Below, one piece after another: positions 55,601 through 64,000 of a stretch of DNA of 64,000 bases. A program made the translations under genes and the position numbers. Source of the DNA: Auanema rhodensis. Its lineage: Eukaryota; Animalia; Nematoda. The notes below the pieces were generated by a model. It saw nothing but the letters and a program-made list of their open reading frames with translations, was not told the origin of the DNA and did not search any database. The DNA is taken from assembly GCA_964057225.1 (NCBI GenBank), contig OZ059900.1, forward strand, positions 17,732,001 through 17,796,000. Direction: 5' to 3'. How positions within the stretch are numbered: position 1 is the stretch's first letter; each line of letters opens with the position of its first letter.

Positions 55601-56366
55601 ACAATTTTGAGCTAGGTTTCATTGACATTGCATGAGTTTGAACACATGAAATCGTAAGTCAAAACCTTGTTTACAGCGAAATTTCCAAAAACTGGTTTTC
55701 CAGCATAATAAAATATTTCTCATGGGAAATACTGTGTTTTTGTATTTTTCTAGTGTTCAGCATGTGAAATGCTTCATTTTAGTATGTAACACGCTGAAAT
55801 TCGTTGCATTTGACGACTCATATGAACCAAAATCGATTTAATCAATATTAGCCATAAGGGGTGTGCCCTCAGAATATGCTAATTTCCTTAATTTTCTAAC
55901 CCCTGTTTTGTTGTCGTGAAAGTGGAACTAGACGTTGTAGGAACAATTTTGAGCTAGGTTTCATTGACATTGCATGAGTTTGAACACATGAAATCGTAAG
56001 TCAAAACCTTGTTTACAGCGAAATTTCCAAAAACTGGTTTTCCAGCATAATAAAATATTTCTCATGGGAAATACTGTGTTTTTGTATTTTTATAGTGTTC
56101 AGCATGTAAAATGCTTCATTTTAGTATGTAACACGCTGAAATTCGTTGCATTTGACGACTCATATGAACAAAAATCGATTTAATCAATATTAGCCATAAG
56201 AGGCGTGCCCTCAGAATATGCTAATTTCCTTAATTTTCTAACCCCTGTTTTTTTGTCGTGAAAGTGGAACTAGACGTTGTAATAACAATTTTGAGCTAGG
56301 TTTCATTGACATTGCATGAGTTTGAACACATGAAATCGTAAGTCAAAACCTTGTTTACAGCGAAAT

Positions 56367-56514
56367 TTCAAAAACTGGTTTTCCAGCATAATAAAATATT
56401 TCTCATGGGAAATACTGTGTTTTTGTATTTTTCTAGTGTTCAAAAACTGGTTTTCCAGCATAATAAAATATTTCTCATGGGAAATACTGTGTTTTTGTAT
56501 TTTTCTAGTGTTCA
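56367..56514. repeat. 72-bp internal tandem duplication within a monomer, copy 2
   Basis: Identical structure 3832 bp downstream (TTCA at 56367, 56439, 56511). Confidence 0.95.
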
Positions 56515-59500
56515 GCATGTAAAATGCTTCATTTTAGTATGTAACACGCTGAAATTCGTTTCATTTGACGACTCATATGAACAAAAATCGATTTAATCAA
56601 TATTAGCCATAAGGGGCGTGCCCTCAGAATATGCTAATTTCCTTAATTTTCTAACCCCTGTTTTTTTGTCGTGAAAGTGGAACTAGACGTTGTAGGAACA
56701 ATTTTGAGCTAGATTTCATTGACATTGCATGAGTTTGAACACATGAAATCGTAAGTCAAAACCTTGTTTACAGCGAAATTTCCAAAAACTGGTTTTCCAG
56801 CATAATAAAATATTTCTCATGGGAAATACTGTGTTTTTGTATTTTTATAGTGTTCAGCATGTAAAATGTTTCATTTTAGTATGTAACACGCTGAAATTCG
56901 TTGCATTTGACGACTCATATGAACAAAAATCGATTTAATCAATATTAGCCATAAAGGGCGTGCCCTCAGAATATGCTAATTTCCTTAATTTTCTAACCCC
57001 TGTTTTGTTGTCGTGAAAGTGGAACTAGACGTTGTAGGAACAATTTTGAGCTAGGTTTCATTGACATTGCATGAGTTTGAACACATGAAATCGTAAGTCA
57101 AAACCTTGTTTACAGCGAAATTTCCAAAAACTGGTTTTCCAGCATAATAAAATATTTCTCATGGGAAATACTGTGTTTTTGTATTTTTCTAGTGTTCAGC
57201 ATGTAAAATGCTTCATTTTAGTATGTAACACGCTGAAATTCGTTGCATTTGACGACTCATATGAACAAAAATCGATTTAATCAATATTAGCCATAAGGGT
57301 CGTGCCCTCAGAATATGCTAATTTCCTTAATTTTCTAACCCCTGTTTTTTTGTCGTGAAAGTGGAACTAGACGTTGTAGGAACAGTTTTGAGCTAGGTTT
57401 CATTGACATTGCATGAGTTTGAACACATGAAATCGTAAGTCAAAACCTTGTTTACAGCGAAATTTCCAAAAACTGGTTTTCCAGCATAATAAAATATTTC
57501 TCATGGGAAATACTGTGTTTTTGTATTTTTCTAGTGTTCAGCATGTAAAATGCTTCATTTTAGTATGTAACACGCTGAAATTCGTTGCATTTGACGACTC
57601 ATATGAACAAAAATCGATTTAATCAATATTAGCCATAAGGGGCGTGCCCTCAGAATATGCTAATTTCCTTAATTTTCTAACCCCTGTTTTTTGTCGTGAA
57701 AGTGGAACTAGACGTTGTAGGAACAATTTTGAGCTAGGTTTCATTGACATTGCATGAGTTTGAACACATGAAATCGTAAGTCAAAACCTTGTTTACAGCG
57801 AAATTTCCAAAAACTGGTTTTCCAGCATAATAAAATATTTCTCATGGGAAATACTGTGTTTTTGTATTTTTATAGTGTTCAGCATGTAAAATGCTTCATT
57901 TTAGTATGTAACACGCTGAAATTCGTTGCATTTGACGACTCATATGAACAAAAATCGATTTAATCAATATTAGCCATAAGGGGCGTGCCCTCAGAATATG
58001 CTAATTTCCTTAATTTTCTAACCCCTGTTTTTTTGTCGTGAAAGTGGAATTAGACGTTGTAGGAACAATTTTGAGCTAGGTTTCATTGACATTGCATGAG
58101 TTTGAACACATGAAATCGTAAGTCAAAACCTTGTTTACAGCGAAACTTCCAAAAACTGGTTTTCCAGCATAATAAAATATTTCTCATGGGAAATACTGTG
58201 TTTTTGTATTTTTATGGTGTTCAGCATGTAAAATGCTTCATTTTAGTATGTAACACGCTGAAATTCGTTGCATTTGACGACTCATATGAACAAAAATCGA
58301 TTTAATCAATATAAGCCATAAAGGGCGTGCCCTCAGAATCTGCTAATTTCCTTAATTTTCTAACCCCTGTTTTTTTGTCGTGAAAGTGGAACTAGACGTT
58401 GTAGGAACAATTTTGAGCTAGATTTCATTGACATTGCATGAGTTTGAACACATGAAATCGTAAGTCAAAACCTTGTTTACAGCGAAATTTCCAAAAACTC
58501 GTTTTCCAGCATAATAAAATATTTCTCATGGGAAATACTGTGTTTTTGTATTTTTTTAGTGTTCAGCATGTAAAATGCTTCATTTTAGTATGTGACACGC
58601 TGAAATTAATTGCATTTGACGACTCATATGAACAAAAATCGATTTAATCAATATTAGCCATAAGGGGCGTGCCCTCAGAATATGCTAATTTCCTTAATTT
58701 TCTAACCCCTGTTTTTTTGTCGTGAAAGTGGAACTAGACGTTGTAGGAACAATTTCGAGCTAGATTTCATTGACATTGCATGAGTTTGAACACATGAAAT
58801 CGTAAGTCAAAACCTTGTTTACAGCGAAATTTCCAAAAACTGGTTTTCCAGCATAATAAAATATTTCTCATGGGAAATACTGTGTTTTTGTATTTTTATA
58901 GTGTTCAGCATGTAAAATGCTTCATTTTAGTATGTAACACGCTGAAATTCGTTGCATTTGACGACTCATATGAACAAAAATCGATTTAATCAATATTAGC
59001 CATAAGGGGCGTGCCCTCAGAATATGCTAATTTCCTTAATTTTCTAACCCCTGTTTTTTTGTCGTGAAAGTGGAATTAGACGTTGTAGGAACAATTTTGA
59101 GCTAGGTTTCATTGACATTGCATGAGTTTGAACACATGAAATCGTAAGTCAAAACCTTGTTTACAGCGAAACTTCCAAAAACTGGTTTTCCAGCATAATA
59201 AAATATTTCTCATGGGAAATACTGTGTTTTTGTATTTTTATGGTGTTCAGCATGTAAAATGCTTCATTTTAGTATGTAACACGCTGAAATTCGTTGCATT
59301 TGACGACTCATATGAACAAAAATCGATTTAATCAATATAAGCCATAAAGGGCGTGCCCTCAGAATCTGCTAATTTCCTTAATTTTCTAACCCCTGTTTTT
59401 TTGTCGTGAAAGTGGAACTAGACGTTGTAGGAACAATTTTGAGCTAGATTTCATTGACATTGCATGAGTTTGAACACATGAAATCGTAAGTCAAAACCTT

Positions 59501-62500
59501 GTTTACAGCGAAATTTCCAAAAACTCGTTTTCCAGCATAATAAAATATTTCTCATGGGAAATACTGTGTTTTTGTATTTTTCTAGTGTTCAGCATGTGAA
59601 ATGCTTCATTTTAGTATGTAACACGCTGAAATTCGTTGCATTTGACGACTCATATGAACCAAAATCGATTTAATCAATATTAGCCATAAGGGGCGTGCCC
59701 TCAGAATCTGCTAATTTCCTTAATTTTCTAACCCCTGTTTTTTTGTCGTGAAAGTGGAACTAGACGTTGTAGGAACAATTTTGAGCTAGATTTCATTGAC
59801 ATTGCATGAGTTTGAACACATGAAATCGTAAGTCAAAACCTTGTTTACAGCGAAATTTCCAAAAACTCGTTTTCCAGCATAATAAAATATTTCTCATGGG
59901 AAATACTGTGTTTTTGTATTTTTCTAGTGTTCAGCATGTGAAATGCTTCATTTTAGTATGTAACACGCTGAAATTCGTTGCATTTGACGACTCATATGAA
60001 CCAAAATCGATTTAATCAATATTAGCCATAAGGGGTGTGCCCTCAGAATATGCTAATTTCCTTAATTTTCTAACCCCTGTTTTGTTGTCGTGAAAGTGGA
60101 ACTAGACGTTGTACGAACAATTTTGAGCTAGGTTTCATTGACATTGCATGAGTTTGAACACATGAAATCGTAAGTCAAAACCTTGTTTACAGCGAAATTT
60201 CCAAAAACTCGTTTTCCAGCATAATAAAATATTTCTCATGGGAAAAACTGTGTTTTTGTATTTTTCTAGTGTTCAGCATGTAAAATGCTTCATTTTAGTA
60301 TGTAACACGCTGAAATTCGTTGCATTTGACGACTCATATGAACAAAAATCGATTTAATCAATATTAGCCATAAGGGGCGTGCCCTCAGAATATGCTAATT
60401 TCCTTAATTTTCTAACCCCTGTTTTTTTGTCGTGAAAGTGGAACTAGACGTTGTACGAACAATTTTGAGCTAGGTTTCATTGACATTGCATGAGTTTGAA
60501 CACATGAAATCGTAAGTCAAAACCTTGTTTACAGCGAAATTTCCAAAAACTGGTTTTCCAGCATAATAAAATATTTCTCATGGGAAATACTGTGTTTTTG
60601 TATTTTTCTAGTGTTCAGCATGTGAAATGCTTCATTTTAGTATGTAACACGCTGAAATTCGTTGCATTTGACGACTCATATGAACCAAAATCGATTTAAT
60701 CAATATTAGCCATAAGGGGTGTGCCCTCAGAATATGCTAATTTCCTTAATTTTCTAACCCCTGTTTTGTTGTCGTGAAAGTGGAACTAGACGTTGTAGGA
60801 ACAATTTTGAGCTAGGTTTCATTGACATTGCATGAGTTTGAACACATGAAATCGTAAGTCAAAACCTTGTTTACAGCGAAATTTCCAAAAACTGGTTTTC
60901 CAGCATAATAAAATATTTCTCATGGGAAATACTGTGTTTTTGTATTTTTATAGTGTTCAGCATGTAAAATGCTTCATTTTAGTATGTAACACGCTGAAAT
61001 TCGTTGCATTTGACGACTCATATGAACAAAAATCGATTTAATCAATATTAGCTATAAGAGGCGTGCCCTCAGAATATGCTAATTTCCTTAATTTTCTAAC
61101 CCCTGTTTTGTTGTCGTGAAAGTGGAACTAGACGTTGTAGGAACAATTTTGAGCTAGGTTTCATTGACATTGCATGAGTTTGAACACATGAAATCGTAAG
61201 TCAAAACCTTGTTTACAGCGAAATTTCCAAAAACTGGTTTTCCAGCATAATAAAATATTTCTCATGGGAAATACTGTGTTTTTGTATTTTTCTAGTGTTC
61301 AGCATGTAAAATGCTTCATTTTAGTATGTAACACGCTGAAATTCGTTGCATTTGACGACTCATATGAACAAAAATCGATTTAATCAATATTAGCCATAAG
61401 GGTCGTGCCCTCAGAATATGCTAATTTCCTTAATTTTCTAACCCCTGTTTTTTTGTCGTGAAAGTGGAACTAGACGTTGTAGGAACAGTTTTGAGCTAGG
61501 TTTCATTGACATTGCATGAGTTTGAACACATGAAATCGTAAGTCAAAACCTTGTTTACAGCGAAATTTCCAAAAACTGGTTTTCCAGCATAATAAAATAT
61601 TTCTCATGGGAAATACTGTGTTTTTGTATTTTTCTAGTGTTCAGCATGTAAAATGCTTCATTTTAGTATGTAACACGCTGAAATTCGTTGCATTTGACGA
61701 CTCATATGAACAAAAATCGATTTAATCAATATTAGCCATAAGGGGCGTGCCCTCAGAATATGCTAATTTCCTTAATTTTCTAACCCCTGTTTTTTGTCGT
61801 GAAAGTGGAACTAGACGTTGTAGGAACAATTTTGAGCTAGGTTTCATTGACATTGCATGAGTTTGAACACATGAAATCGTAAGTCAAAACCTTGTTTACA
61901 GCGAAATTTCCAAAAACTGGTTTTCCAGCATAATAAAATATTTCTCATGGGAAATACTGTGTTTTTGTATTTTTATAGTGTTCAGCATGTAAAATGCTTC
62001 ATTTTAGTATGTAACACGCTGAAATTCGTTGCATTTGACGACTCATATGAACAAAAATCGATTTAATCAATATTAGCCATAAGGGGCGTGCCCTCAGAAT
62101 ATGCTAATTTCCTTAATTTTCTAACCCCTGTTTTTTTGTCGTGAAAGTGGAATTAGACGTTGTAGGAACAATTTTGAGCTAGGTTTCATTGACATTGCAT
62201 GAGTTTGAACACATGAAATCGTAAGTCAAAACCTTGTTTACAGCGAAACTTCCAAAAACTGGTTTTCCAGCATAATAAAATATTTCTCATGGGAAATACT
62301 GTGTTTTTGTATTTTTATGGTGTTCAGCATGTAAAATGCTTCATTTTAGTATGTAACACGCTGAAATTCGTTGCATTTGACGACTCATATGAACAAAAAT
62401 CGATTTAATCAATATAAGCCATAAAGGGCGTGCCCTCAGAATCTGCTAATTTCCTTAATTTTCTAACCCCTGTTTTTTTGTCGTGAAAGTGGAACTAGAC

Positions 62501-64000
62501 GTTGTAGGAACAATTTTGAGCTAGATTTCATTGACATTGCATGAGTTTGAACACATGAAATCGTAAGTCAAAACCTTGTTTACAGCGAAATTTCCAAAAA
62601 CTCGTTTTCCAGCATAATAAAATATTTCTCATGGGAAATACTGTGTTTTTGTATTTTTTTAGTGTTCAGCATGTAAAATGCTTCATTTTAGTATGTGACA
62701 CGCTGAAATTAATTGCATTTGACGACTCATATGAACAAAAATCGATTTAATCAATATTAGCCATAAGGGGCGTGCCCTCAGAATATGCTAATTTCCTTAA
62801 TTTTCTAACCCCTGTTTTTTTGTCGTGAAAGTGGAACTAGACGTTGTAGGAACAATTTCGAGCTAGATTTCATTGACATTGCATGAGTTTGAACACATGA
62901 AATCGTAAGTCAAAACCTTGTTTACAGCGAAATTTCCAAAAACTGGTTTTCCAGCATAATAAAATATTTCTCATGGGAAATACTGTGTTTTTGTATTTTT
63001 ATAGTGTTCAGCATGTAAAATGCTTCATTTTAGTATGTAACACGCTGAAATTCGTTGCATTTGACGACTCATATGAACAAAAATCGATTTAATCAATATT
63101 AGCCATAAGGGGCGTGCCCTCAGAATATGCTAATTTCCTTAATTTTCTAACCCCTGTTTTTTTGTCGTGAAAGTGGAATTAGACGTTGTAGGAACAATTT
63201 TGAGCTAGGTTTCATTGACATTGCATGAGTTTGAACACATGAAATCGTAAGTCAAAACCTTGTTTACAGCGAAACTTCCAAAAACTGGTTTTCCAGCATA
63301 ATAAAATATTTCTCATGGGAAATACTGTGTTTTTGTATTTTTATGGTGTTCAGCATGTAAAATGCTTCATTTTAGTATGTAACACGCTGAAATTCGTTGC
63401 ATTTGACGACTCATATGAACAAAAATCGATTTAATCAATATAAGCCATAAAGGGCGTGCCCTCAGAATCTGCTAATTTCCTTAATTTTCTAACCCCTGTT
63501 TTTTTGTCGTGAAAGTGGAACTAGACGTTGTAGGAACAATTTTGAGCTAGATTTCATTGACATTGCATGAGTTTGAACACATGAAATCGTAAGTCAAAAC
63601 CTTGTTTACAGCGAAATTTCCAAAAACTCGTTTTCCAGCATAATAAAATATTTCTCATGGGAAATACTGTGTTTTTGTATTTTTTTAGTGTTCAGCATGT
63701 AAAATGCTTCATTTTAGTATGTGACACGCTGAAATTAATTGCATTTGACGACTCATATGAACAAAAATCGATTTAATCAATATTAGCCATAAGGGGCGTG
63801 CCCTCAGAATATGCTAATTTCCTCAATTTTCTAACCCCTGTTTTTTTGTCGTGAAAGTGGAACTAGACGTTGTACGAACAATTTTGAGCTAGGTTTCATT
63901 GACATTGCATGAGTTTGAACACATGAAATCGTAAGTCAAAACCTTGTTTACAGCGAAATTTCCAAAAACTGGTTTTCCAGCATAATAAAATATTTCTCAT

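Larger units (their letters stand above)
1..64000. repeat. Satellite DNA array, 342-bp AT-rich monomer, ~186 copies, mixed orientation
   Basis: Landmark AGGGCACGCC recurs at 471, 812, 1154 and onward (period 342; 341 where the A7 run is A6). Reference monomer 3248-3589 has 57 G and 59 C in 342 bp (~34% GC). Copies differ by only a few substitutions. No non-satellite sequence was seen apart from the N gap and 10-nt junction fillers. Confidence 0.99.
34156..64000 (-). repeat. Long minus-orientation arm (~87 monomers) with arm-specific variants and higher-order repeats
   Basis: Uninterrupted GGGGCGTGCCCTC orientation from TTTCATTTTAGTATG to the window end. Variant spacings of 684, 1026, 3078, 3832 and 4103-4104 bp. 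Confidence 0.97.

Noticed and set aside
52471-56596. 71- and 81-aa ORFs with a 24-aa repeat
   Set aside because: Direct translation of the 72-bp duplication on both strands. No coding evidence.
1-64000. CRISPR-like array, rDNA/5S, tRNA, snRNA or histone tandem cluster
   Set aside because: No unique spacers, since the whole unit repeats. No recognisable structural-RNA or coding sequence in the monomer.
1-64000. Assignment to a named satellite (primate alpha-satellite dimer, or a beetle satellite of similar length)
   Set aside because: Only the length is suggestive. I recognise no alpha-satellite motif or CENP-B box and cannot run a database search. A BLASTN of 3248-3589 would decide.

Overview
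The whole window is one family of AT-rich tandem satellite DNA: a 342-bp monomer (about 34% GC by my count), roughly 186 near-identical copies, interrupted by one 200-N scaffold gap (3048-3247). It looks like a eukaryotic centromeric or pericentromeric heterochromatin array, but the species and any centromere function cannot be established from sequence. I see no genes, RNA genes, transposons or CRISPR; all listed ORFs are by-products of the repeat or the gap. The interesting part is the architecture. There are eight orientation switches made from only three junction sequences. An inversion-containing cassette (T7C-T7C filler junction, inverted block, AAAT-microhomology junction, 58-bp-deleted monomer) has itself been amplified as a 2.0-2.4-kb unit. 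Bases 1-3047 are an almost exact reverse complement of 7046-10092 across the gap, which is either a real palindrome or an assembly artefact. A major switch at about 34155 separates a 24-kb + arm from a 30-kb - arm with partly distinct variant sets. There are local higher-order repeats spaced 2, 3, 5, 8, 9, 11, 12 and 13 monomers apart, and a 72-bp microhomology-flanked internal duplication present twice. Strand convention is arbitrary: + means the monomer reads GAGGGCACGCCCC on the given strand.
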